A program made the translations under genes and the position numbers. From Vitrella brassicaformis CCMP3155 (lineage: Eukaryota; Protista; Chromerida), in NCBI GenBank assembly GCA_001179505.1, contig CDMY01000622.1, positions 1 to 41,093 on the forward strand: a DNA stretch of 41,093 nt, in the 5' to 3' direction. The first letter of the stretch is position 1, and the number at the start of each line of letters is the position of its first letter. The notes under the pieces were generated by a model. That model searched no databases, had not been told where the DNA came from, and saw nothing but the letters and a program-made list of their open reading frames with translations. Of the stretch, positions 21,293-32,283 are shown piece by piece.

Positions 21293-24200
21293 GCAAGACA
21301 GGCGGGAGTCGATAGTGCTTGCCCTGCATGTTGCCGCGATCTGTGACGTGGCAACAGACACAATGCACAAACAGACCAATGAATACGAACAGACCCCCTC
21401 TGTGCATACGCTTACATATATCGAGCGGGTCGGCCTCCTTGCGTGATGAGTAGAGCTCCCTTTCGCGAATGAGCAGCATCTGCAGGGCCTGTTCGTCCTT
21501 GATGCGGTCGGCGTCCTGCTCGAGACTTTGAATCTGGCGAGTGTTGGTGGCGCGGAGGATCTTCTCTTGCAGCGTGTCGCTGTCGGCTGCGGCCTGCAGG
21601 ATGGCGTCGGGCTTGACGGGCTTGGCCTCCAGCTCGAGATCCAAACCCACGGCCTGTTGCCGCTGACGGGCCAACAGACAGAAACACGAACAGGCAAGCA
21701 CCGATTGGTGATGCTCTCCGTCCGTCTGGTCGCATTACCTTAGCCTTGCGTCTCTTTTGGCTCTCCACCTGAGGAAGGCGGCGATGCGCCCCTCACTTCT
21801 CAGTGAGTTTGTTGCCGTCGCCCTTGACGCGCTTGGTCCACTTGATGCGCGGGACGTACCGGTAGTGCTGCCCACCAAACGCACCCCCGCCACGCGCCTT
21901 CTTGAACTCCTCCAGACGCAGCTTCTCAAGTGCATCGTTGTCAACCTCAGACTCGTCCTGAAGGCACGCGAGAATAATGAGGCTGCGGCTGTGCTGTGGC
22001 ATTCATTTCCTTCTCTTCTCTTCTGCTGACGAATTTGCGCTTCCTTGGCTGTTGTGACTCCCTGGCCATGTGAGCCTCGGTGCCGCCCTCCAAGTCAGCC
22101 AGCAGATCATCCCGATCGTCCATGTCTCCATCGTTGGCCGGGCCGGCCCCCAGCGCGTCCATCCCCTCTCCTGCTGCTGCCGCTGCAGCTGGTGCGGGTC
22201 CGCCGAATGGAAAGGCCTTGTCTTTGCCCTTGCCGCCCCCCACGCCGCCCGGCATGCCGCCTCCGGTGCCGCCCTCCAGGTCCATGGCTCGCCGCTGGGG
22301 GGGCATTGGGTGGTCAGGTGCTTCCTGCTCTTCTTCGCTGTCTGGTGGGTTGGGGTGTGAGAGGGCGAACTCCTGGTTGTGAAAGATCTCCTGCAGACGC
22401 TTCAGGTAATGGTGACGAGACTCGCCCTTCTTGCTGTCGTCGCGACTCCGCAACTGTGGGCCATACAAAGCCATACGCTTACTAACATTCATGTCTATAT
22501 GTGGGTAATGGTTGTGTTACCAGGCTGACGAGGTCCCATCGCTTGAGGGTCTTAACCCTTTCCCACTCATATCCGTATCGCATCAGTCGCCGCCGCAGAT
22601 CTGGTTCCTTGAGCCTGCGGTAGTCCTCGGTCGCCCTTTTGCTGTCCTTGCTCTCCTTGTCCTCCTTCTTTTTGCTCTTGCGCTTGAGGAAACTCAGACC
22701 CTCACCGCGACCTGCTGACGGCTCACCGGGACCATTGAGCACAAACTGAAACGACTCGTGCGTCTTGCCAGCCTGACGACGCAACACCAGACAACATCCA
22801 TGGGGTGGCCGCATGTATGAATTTGTGGTTGTGCATATGTATGTCAGTCTTCTTATCACCCTGGTTCTTCTGACGTCTTCACAGAAAACGTGGTAGTTCT
22901 CAGCCGGGTTCCAAGGCGAGATGGCAAGCGTCTCCTCCACATAAGTGATGAGTGAAGTCATCGCGCGCAGTCACAGACAGTGACGAACGGGAGTGGTCCT
23001 GGTAGTTGCGCAAGCTCATGGGCGGCAGCGGCCGCATGCCGCCGTCATCCTCCCCCTCCTGCCGTGTCGTGCTGCTGTACTTGCGCATGGCCTCTAGCAG
23101 AGCCCGTGCTGCGTCCTGGCTCCCAGGTTCGAGCGCTCGGTCACGGGCGAGGGCGTTGGCCTTCTCGGAGCGCTCGACATGGGTGAGGAAGAGCTTGATC
23201 ATGCGGAACACGTGGGGCTGCAGAAGGGGGACGACGGAAGGGATGCACAAATGTGATTATCCATCTGTGGGGGTAGGGTGGGGGCTGTGTCACGTGTTAC
23301 CATTTCGTGAGCAGGAATGCGTTTCAGGCCTGCATCCAGCAGCCGCTTCACGCCGGCCTCGGCACTCTCAAACGCGCACACCTGCACAGCACATCGAAAA
23401 TGCACGATGGTCAGTTCAATCGATTTGCGTGCTATAGCTGACCTCCATAAGGTTGAGCAGTCTCCTGAGAGCGAGTTCCCAGGTGTCAAGGTTCTCGACG
23501 TCGCCCCTCCCGTTGATGATGAAGTCCCTCAGTGGCTTGGGCAGCCACCTGGCGTCCTCCATGAGCAGAACCTGGCGCAGCTTGTCCAGCGGCACATGAG
23601 ACAGGTGACGATCGACCCTGAAGTTGCGCTCGATCTTCTTGCGCCACTCGTCATTCTCGCTCTGAGGACGCTCCTGCATGTGGAAATGCGCACTGACCAC
23701 AGACAGACAGAACGACACAGGCAGATAGAGAGAAAAAGAGCCGTAGACGCGTTTGCGCAGGGTGTCGTATTGCAGGTCTGTGCGCTGACCGCTGGTAGTA
23801 GGCGAGCATGCGTTTGAGGTTGTAGACGGGCGATGGGTCCTTGCCGGGCGGCGCCGGTGCACTGACGGCCGCCATGGGCTCACACTGCCCCACCGTGTAC
23901 ACGGCACACGACATGGGAGCGTCTTGCCATCCCCACGCACACAGGTAAGCGGGCGTATCATGAGCTGCACATTGCAGAGGAGTAGCTCGTCCTCGTAGTT
24001 GTGCTTCTTCTTGGGCCGGTGCTCGTCGCCTGGGTTGCGGTAGACGGAGAGGGGCTTGGCCTCGGTGTTCTTGAAGTTGGATATGAGCAGGAAGTGATTG
24101 GAGAGTGGGGGCGACTTGGGATGTGTGGCCTTGTGGCACCAGACGGGCCCCTTGAAAACGCCCTCAGCGATGGAGAGGGCGTGATGCGGCTTGGCGCGGA

Positions 24201-25470
24201 TCTTGTGCTCCAACAGGGTGTACTTGGGCTCCTTGACGTTGAACGAATGCACCTGGCCGTACGGACCCAGACGGGCCTGCTGCTTGGGTGATATCTCACC
24301 CCTGCAAACACACAAACAAACCATACGAGCGGACGGACTTATGGGCGGTAGGTGTTGCGTCTGGGCTGTTACTTACCATTGGTACTTGGTGATTCGTATG
24401 CCCATGCCGAATCCGCTGAGCAGGAGGGGTTGCTGCTCAATGAGCTCCAAGACAGCCATGGGCATCGTGTCGCTGCACATACAGATACATTCTGCATGTA
24501 TCCACCCGTCCACCCATCCATCCGTCCATCTGTGCAAGGACCCTCGCATATGAAAGCGGATGCCCACCTCATTGATAGGCCAGTGAAGTCCATGAATGGG
24601 TCTGTCTCGGGCACCTCATCTGCCCCATCACCTACCACTGGTGGCGGAGGAACGGCACAAGTACGCAACAGAAAACACAGACGCATGTTTGCGACCGTAT
24701 GGCATATATGGACTTCGCGAGACGATTGCTGACTTGATACCGAAAGGCGGCGCCTGCGGGTACTTCTTCATGTATGAGGGCAGCAGCGCGGCCACGGCCC
24801 TGAAGTCTAGCCGATGCCACCAGGTGAGGTCCTTTAGCCGCCACACGAGCCGTGTGCCCTCTTCCCGCCACCCGTTCATGGTGTGCATGGCCAGGCCGCC
24901 CTCGGGGCCCTCCATGATGCCCAGCCCTCCGTCAAGCCTGTCGCGGAATAGCTGCGTGCGCGCCTCGTAGAAGGTGTCGTGCGACACGTGTGGGTGGTAG
25001 GAGGTGGGCATGGAGGCTAGCTCCTCCTGAAGGGCGTCCAACACAGCCAGGTGGAACTCCTCGGGGGCTGGTCCGTCCAGGGGAAGGTCCTCCACCTGAA
25101 ATGGATCGACGGATGGACATAAAGAGAGAAATCATAACCCCTTTGCTTGCATCAGGATTTCCTCTGTCCGTTTCCTCACCTGGCTTAGCGCGTCAGCGTT
25201 GGGCATCCCATTCAGAGCCGACAGCTGGCAGCGGGCACGGATGTGACCAGGCATGCCAGTGGGCGACTGAACACGGACAGCAGTGGGCAGTCTTGTCGTG
25301 TGCGCGTTCCTTTGGGTGCGGTGTGTCTCACTTGTTCATCTTGGTCGTCTTGCTGTTGCTGCTGTGCCTCTCGTTTCTTCTCCTCCCGTAACTTCATCAG
25401 GAAGTCGTGCCGCGCCTTGCTCCAGCCCCATATCTCGTACCAGTCGCGATATGTCGGCTCGTCGTGCCAG
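21293..25470 (-). CDS. TAF1: TFIID subunit 1 (TAF1) core, about 15 exons, with three frame breaks (possible pseudogene or assembly errors)
   Basis: Conserved core motifs in order: LELIEQQPLLLSGFGMG, FKGPVWCHK..HFLLI, IRPL..VYTVGQCEP, VCAFESAEAGVKRLLDAG, LAISPWN, GPGEPSAGRGEGLSF, DYRRL..LKRWDLV, LQEIFHNQ, IKWTKR, IAAFLRWR. Most introns are canonical with consistent phases (e.g. exons 25266-25180, 25095-24741, 24631-24568, 24472-24377, 23692-23443, 23381-23301, 22772-22521). The 5' part is probably in the gap or beyond it. Confidence 0.9.
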
Positions 25471-25621
25471 CTCTGATCATCCACCCGAGGCGAACAGCGA
25501 AACGGACACAGATGCATCCACGTGATGTCCTGGCAGTGTGTCTCTCTCTGCCCACACTAAAGACGACAGGCAGGCTGACTTGTTCATGCATCTAAAAGAA
25601 ATGCATCTGCTGATCAAATGC

Positions 25622-25921
25622 NNNNNNNNNNNNNNNNNNNNNNNNNNNNNNNNNNNNNNNNNNNNNNNNNNNNNNNNNNNNNNNNNNNNNNNNNNNNNNN
25701 NNNNNNNNNNNNNNNNNNNNNNNNNNNNNNNNNNNNNNNNNNNNNNNNNNNNNNNNNNNNNNNNNNNNNNNNNNNNNNNNNNNNNNNNNNNNNNNNNNNN
25801 NNNNNNNNNNNNNNNNNNNNNNNNNNNNNNNNNNNNNNNNNNNNNNNNNNNNNNNNNNNNNNNNNNNNNNNNNNNNNNNNNNNNNNNNNNNNNNNNNNNN
25901 NNNNNNNNNNNNNNNNNNNNN
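25622..25921. other. Assembly gap (300 N)
   Basis: Run of N. Confidence 1.
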
Positions 25922-26693
25922 GGGGGGGGGTCTTTTGGTGAATGCGTGTGAGCTCTCAGAAGGTACGAGTTTGCAGCTCTTGTTCTTGCCCTCGTTTTCC
26001 AGCCTTGACGGCAGCTGCGTGCATACAAGATGAGAGACACAGGTCAGCATGATCCATGCATGAGCTTGTGTGTCTCATTCGTCATACCTGTCGAGAGCCA
26101 TTGGTCATGCCCCGGGAAGATCTTGATGACAGAGGGCACAGGGGATTGCTTGGCAAAATGCTTGCTTCTGGCCGAGGAGACTGGGAATTTGATGCTCTCG
26201 AAGTCGCTGCCGGCAAACCTTGCTATGGATTGCGAAGAACTCGAAGAGGTGAACTTCTGGACGACGAAATGCATAGGTCACAGCAACACGAGACAAGGGC
26301 AGGAGTCATGAGTTTGCCTCTCTGTTTACGACACGATCGGCCGGCGCCATGCAGAAGGAACCGCCGTATGTGACCGTCATGATTCCGGGGTCCTTCTTGC
26401 AGTTCCTCTTGGCGTCATTGGCTGTCTGACATGTGCCTTTGGCCTTGTCGTTGAGGGCGATGCCCATGACTATCTCGTTGACGACGCACACCTTTCCTTT
26501 CCCGCAACCTTGTTTGATGAGTTTCATCGTTCTCATCGAACTTATTCAACTCATCGAACAGCTGGAAGCCGTGGAGATGTTCGACTTTGAGCTTGCCGCC
26601 GGAGGCCGCTTCAGTCTCGTGCGTGTTCCGTGAAGGCCCCTTGTGCTTGGTGTGCTTAGCCGATATCTCGCTTGACCACTGCGTTACGCAACT

Positions 26694-26707
26694 GGTTATT
26701 TAGCCCA
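26694..26707 (+). promoter_or_regulatory. Putative primer-binding site, half-tRNA-iMet type, directly after an LTR-like end CAACT
   Basis: CAACT-GGTTATTTAGCCCA resembles GGTTATG(A/G)GCCCA, the complement of the tRNA-iMet anticodon arm used by copia-type half-tRNA primers. The same arrangement occurs at 36562-36581. Confidence 0.6.
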
Positions 26708-28953
26708 CTTGGCTACTCCTGCGGGGAGACGGCACACAAGCGATAGATCTCAGCCAGATCTGAGCCATGGATGCTCCAGCCGCTGCCGCTGAAGGTACCC
26801 CTCCTGCCCAGGGGGATGTCTAGATGGGCGGACAAGGCGACAGCGTCGGAGGCGTTCAGGGATCTGGGCAGATCCAGCCAAGCAACGACGGAAACGCTGG
26901 AGCAGCACCGAATGGCGGTGAGGCTGGCCAGCAAGGCCAAGGTGACGGCAACGTCTCTGGAGACGGCGATGCGGAGATGGGGGTGCAGGAGGAGGAGCGT
27001 GCTGCTGCCGACACGGCGGTGCACCAGGCCTCCCTCAGTGCCTACGTCAACCAGCATGCGCCGCAGCAGCAGGCCGGTCATACGGCTAACAACCTGACCC
27101 TGCCGGGCGTGGTGTCGAAGAAAGCAGCGGAGTTGGTGCTGGAGCGTAAGAAGCTCAAGCTTCATGCTCTCTCTGGCGGCCAAGCTGGCTTTCCCACGTT
27201 CGCGTTTGAGGTGCAGGGCAAGTGCTACGCGGCCAAGATTTCCTACCTGCTCAACAAGAACGGCCGTGACCAGGGGCGAGCCATCCACGGCACAGTGCAG
27301 TACGAGGCTGACAATGCCCATCTGCACGCGGCGTTGCTAGATTCGCTGATGCCCAACTCTGGGCAGCTGGCCAATGCCCAGGCGCTGGCTGTCATCCAGC
27401 AAGTGCCGGCGGGCGACGGTGCGGCGGCCTGGGACGCGCTAATGGAGTCGTTTCAGCCAACGCGTCCTGGCGCCTGGTCGGATGCCTTCGCGCGGGTGGT
27501 GAACTGGCAGTGTGACCTGACGTGGAACTTCGAGACGGCGGTGACGGACTTTATGCATGTGGTGCAGCGTGCGAACGAGCTGCGTCAACTGCAAGGAGTG
27601 CACCTGATCGACGACCTAGAGATGGTCGAGTTCTTCGTCAACAAGCTGCCCGCGTCGTTCGGCCGTGTGCGCGAGGCGGTGGTCATCGACCCATCCGCCA
27701 AGTACAACTTCGGAACCCTCAGCCGCGTGTGCCGCCAGTGGGCCGATTTCACCGGGTCGGCTGCACAGTAGCAGGGCCAGAGCAGTACGTCGAGAAATGC
27801 GGCGGCCGCGACGGGCGGGGTGGTAGCGGCACAGCACGTGACGCTCATCAAGAGGAAGAAGAAGGGCAAGAAGGCCCCGAGCGGGCAGCCGGCGGCGCAG
27901 CCGACGGTGCAGACCGGCGTGAGCTTCAAGAGCAAGCAGATGAAGGCGTCGAAGGACGCACCATCGGGCAACGGCGGCAAGGCCGGCAAGGGCAAGAAGG
28001 GCAAGTGCCGCAAGTGCTGGATCTGCGAAAGCACCGAGCACCTCTGCCGCAACTGCCCGAAGCGCGATACCGTCAAGCATCTGCTTGCACAGCAAGTACG
28101 TGAACACACAGATAAGCAGAGGGAGGGCAGTCAGTGCTCTTTGCTTAGCGAGTGAAGTGCAGAGGTAGCAGCTCTGTTTGCAAATAGATAAAATGCACAA
28201 CCTGCAGACACACAGCACAGAGATGTGGCTGGTGCGTTTGTGGTTGTAGTAGCACACTCGTCTGCTATGGACGGATGTGTTAGTGAGCGTGTATGTGACG
28301 CACTGAATGATGTGTGTACATGTGCACTGCTCGACTCAGGCTGCACAAAGCATGTCTTCTGCTGTGCTGACCTGTTTGTCAGATGGACACCTCGTAGAGG
28401 TTCGTTACGGGTTGCCGACGGCAGCATGGTACCCATCAAAGGTGAGGGAACGGTCGCACTGCCGATCATGACCCGTGATGGACGCCTGCGTGTTGTTGTG
28501 CTAGATGGGTGTCTTCTCGCGCCAAGGCTGAAGAATAATCTGCTGTCGGTCGCTGAGTTTGAAGACAGCGGTTGTTCGGTTAGCTTCGGCGAGTTGAGAG
28601 CCATCCATGTGCCTGTCGAGGGCGTAAAGGGCCTGCAACAGGACACTGAGTGCTTAGACATGCCAGTGACCCGATGTGACAACCTGTACGTCTTACCCTT
28701 ACGTGTTATGCATGGTGGTGGAACACGGGAAGGGGAGGAGGGCGTTGAGGAGGAGAGGGATGCATGCGTGACGGACTCTGATGATGAAGGCTCGTCTCGC
28801 GCTGGCGCAGTGGAGGAGGCGTCGAATGGATCAGCATATATCGACCGTGATGCTACCCTGGCAGCTGACCTGGGGGAGACAGCAGATGGGCGCGGTTGGA
28901 TGGATATTGTGGACGACCGTGAGCCAGCCTCTCTTTGCGAGGATTGCGATGAC
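26694..28953 (+). mobile_element. Ty1/copia gag-protease fragment, 3'-truncated before integrase; 5' LTR possibly about 26520-26693
   Basis: Single frame from 26824 with gag helices (AWDALMESF), knuckle CWICESTEHLCRNC, protease LLDSGCTKHV, LRVADG..IKGEG.V, NLLSV and NLYVL, then CEDC. Stops at 27769, 28153 and 28189; no frameshift. Confidence 0.9.
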
Positions 28954-28959
28954 TGATCG

Positions 28960-30282
28960 GTGCCCTGCTCCTACTTTGGACGAGTTGATTTCCCGCAAGC
29001 GCCGCGGCCCCTCTGGCGCTGGCCCGTCAGCCCGGATCCTTTCGCTTCCCCCCCGGCCGTTTGGCCGCCCTGGCTGACATGGCCTCACATATGGGGTATG
29101 ACCCGGACAACGTGAACCCGCCTGAGGGGCTTCACGATCGGAGGGACATCCTTGCGGCGTGGAGTGATGGTTCCGAGAACCCTGCGCCCTCTTCTCAACC
29201 TCCATCGGACCGCCGCCGGCCATCGTCGAGGAATCGAGGGTTTGGTCGATGCATGGTTTGCAGTACTTTTTGTGGCGGGCGCTGCTTCGGTGGAACACCG
29301 GGCAGCTTCGCGGGCGGGGACGCCGCGCTCGTGAATTGCGGCGACGACAGACGGAGCCTCAGTCTCCCCGCCTCCCCCGCCCCCAACGCGTCCCGATCCA
29401 TCGGGAAGCTCCCAGCCCCCGCCTCCACCCGCGTCGCCTCCTCTGCCGCCCACCACCACCGCCCTCGACGGCCGGAGACACGACAGAGAGCCCACCCACT
29501 GCTCGAGACATGACCGAGCAGCCCCCGAGTGGGCGGGGCGGGGACGGCCGGGATAAGGCCACGACTCCTGCGCCCGCGGCACCTGCCGGTCGTGTTCGTG
29601 ATAGGGCCGTGGCTGAGGAAGAGGTAGGGGGGCTCGCGATGCCAGAGGTGCTCGGGGCGGGGCTGGTGCCCATCTTCCGCACCCGCCCCCTCCCCCGCCG
29701 GATGGTCCAGGAAGCGATGTAGGGGGCGGCAACCCTCTCCCGGACGGCGGAGCGCCTCCTCCTCCCCCGGACCCACCGCCTGACCCGCCCGCCCCAGACG
29801 CTCGTTGGTTTCGGTCGAGAGGTGTCTTCCCGCAACGTGGACTCGACCATCTCTGCGGCCTCACTGCTCAGCAGCGTGCTGATCACTTCAAGCTGGAAAT
29901 CAGGACAATCGCGCGAATGCCTGGGTGTGTCCGCCATGCATACAAGCTGGTGGTCGACACAGGTGAGAAGTACGTCAAGAACCCGGAAGATTCCGATGTC
30001 GGTTGTCGCGTTGCTACATTTCTGCCGACTATGCCTCTGTTTCCGATTAACCGGGGCGGGAGGGGAGGCCACCGCCAGTGAAATGCGCGCTTCCGGCGTT
30101 TCTGGACCGGCGAGTGGGACGGTATCCTCGCCGAGGCCAGGGAATTCCCTCCTCGCGGCCTGCATGTCTTCGCCCCAAATGGTGAGGGACCGCTTGAAGA
30201 CGTGCTCAAGCCGTCATTGGAAGAGATCAAGCTCCAGGGAGGGGAACGTCTTGTGAAGCAAGGAGAGCTCTCGGCGAGAACG
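28960..30282 (+). mobile_element. 5' part of a second RLE-type (CRE/SLACS/NeSL-like) non-LTR family, cut just before RT by the tandem repeat
   Basis: The frame at 29581-30282 reads GRG/RGG and poly-Pro tracts, then ...NRGGRGGHRQ*NARFRRFWTGEWDGILAEA...ERLVKQGELSA. This parallels RRLEMWQEGQVEELVCEA...KLMLEGKVRA of the CRE copy. Stops at 29599, 29602, 29614 and 30079. Confidence 0.6.
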
Positions 30283-31147
30283 ACACGTGGAGTGTGTGTA
30301 TGTCTATGTGCGCACCCCTGCGCATGCACGTGTCGACTTGGAGTATGTGTATGTGACCAATGTCTGTGTGCGCACCCCTGCGCATCCACGTGTCCACGTG
30401 TCGACTTCAAGTGTGTATATACGATGAATGTCTGCGTGCGCATCTCTGCGCATGCACGTGTGGACTTGGAGTGTGTGTATGTGACCATGCGCAGGTGCGC
30501 GCACACAGGCATTCATCATACGCGCACACTCCAAGTCGACACGTGCATGCGCAAGTGTGCGCACACAAACATTGGTCACATACACATACTTCAAGTCGAC
30601 ACGTGCAAAGTCGACACGTGCATGCGCAGGTGTGCGCATACAAACATTGGTCACATACACACACTCCAAATCGACACGTGCATGCGCACGTGTGCGCACA
30701 CAGACACTCATCATATACACAGACTTCAAGTCTAAACTTCAAGTCTAAACATGCATGCGCAGGTGTGCGCACACAGACATTCATCATATACACGCAATCC
30801 AAGTCCAAACATGCATGCGCAGGTGTGTGCACACAGACACTCAGATGTGCGCACACAGACATTCATCATACACACAGACTCCAAATCCAAACATGCATGC
30901 GCATGGGTGCGCACACATTAATAGATACACACCGAGTCGACGCGTGCATGCGCAAGGGTGCGCACACATACATTCATCATATACACACACTCCAAGTCGA
31001 CACGTGCATGCGCAGGGGTGCGGATACAGACATTCATCATATGCACACACACCAACTTGACACGTGCATGCGCAGGTGTGCGCACACAGACATTCATCGT
31101 GTACAGAAACTCCAAGTCCACACGTACATGCGCAGGTGTGCGCACAC
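30283..31147. repeat. 60-bp tandem repeat array in fold-back arrangement (minus arm to about 30486, then plus arm)
   Basis: Same unit; orientation flips at gtgacca|tgcgcagg. Confidence 0.95.
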
Positions 31148-32283
31148 GACAATCTATCTCTTACATGCTCTCTCTCTCAAGCGTGTGCTGCACTTCTATT
31201 ACCAAACGGAGACACGAAGATACGCAGGCGGTCAGACCCTCTATTTGTGCGTGCCGCACGACTCAGAGCTCTGAGGCAGGTAGCTGGCGTGATTCCTGCT
31301 TTGCGCAAGACGATACTTCATTACACAACGAACAGGCGACTGAGATAACGATCGACGATGTGACACTGACATTGCAAGTGCTGCTAAACATCAATTAGCC
31401 ATGCGTTTACATACTTGTGACAGGTGAAGATATCAATCTTCGCTGGTTTCATCCAGATTGGCGGTCGTTCACACGCCTGAAGATCCACGTGCCGACCCTT
31501 TCAAAGAAGAAAGCATGCCTGTTCGAAAACAATCCTACCCGACACCGAGATGTATCAAAGTGAGAGGTATGAGCATAAGAAAGGTTTCCGCTTTCAACAC
31601 ATGAGAACTGAAGCAACATGGTCCTCGAGTCTTTTTTCATGCATACCAGAGTGTTGACATCTGCCTATTATTGCAACGGCTGCATTACCGCTAGCTACAG
31701 GAGCAAAAGGGCTGCACACGTACATTGTTCCGTACTGTTTTTTCTAGTGTTCAACCATAGAGCGCTGACTCCACGCATGAATGAGGCTTCGGCCTTTAGA
31801 CCTTACACATCGCCACACGCATCGTCAGTGGGTCAAGATACACGCATCAGACAGATAGACAGACAGAGAGGCAGGAATGCACGGCACACACACACACACG
31901 TATCAGTCCGTCCTGCCATTCTGCATGACATACCCTCACAGGCAGGCAGGCAGGCAGGCAGGCAGACACCGCAGTGGCACGACATAGAGATACACATCTT
32001 CAAAGCACTCGCTTGGTACGTACGCACGCAAAAGTCACACATAGAGGCAGGTAAGGAGAACACACACACGCATACACAAGGCAGGCAACTTAAAGCAAGC
32101 ACGCATCAGTCGGTGTAACAATAGGCAGGCAGATAAACCCAAAATCACACCCACACCCACTTCAACGCTCATTTCAAATATAGACCTCGCTTCTACTTGT
32201 ATACCAACACACATCTGGCTCATCGTCCTTCCACAATCCTCGATAGATACTGCCACTCAGCTAAGTCATCTCTCCCTACCCCC

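Noticed and set aside
21769-21796. 28-nt GT-AG mini-intron as a clean fix for TAF1
   Set aside because: It removes the conserved IAAFL residues and leaves the next intron out of phase.
25922-26560. Further TAF1 5' exons or another gene between the gap and the copia
   Set aside because: Short ORFs on both strands match no motif I recognise and no consistent splice chain was found. The poly-G at the gap edge may be an artefact.
29085-30165. Long Gly/Arg/Pro-rich minus-strand ORFs
   Set aside because: They are antisense shadows of a GC-rich plus-strand retroelement region.
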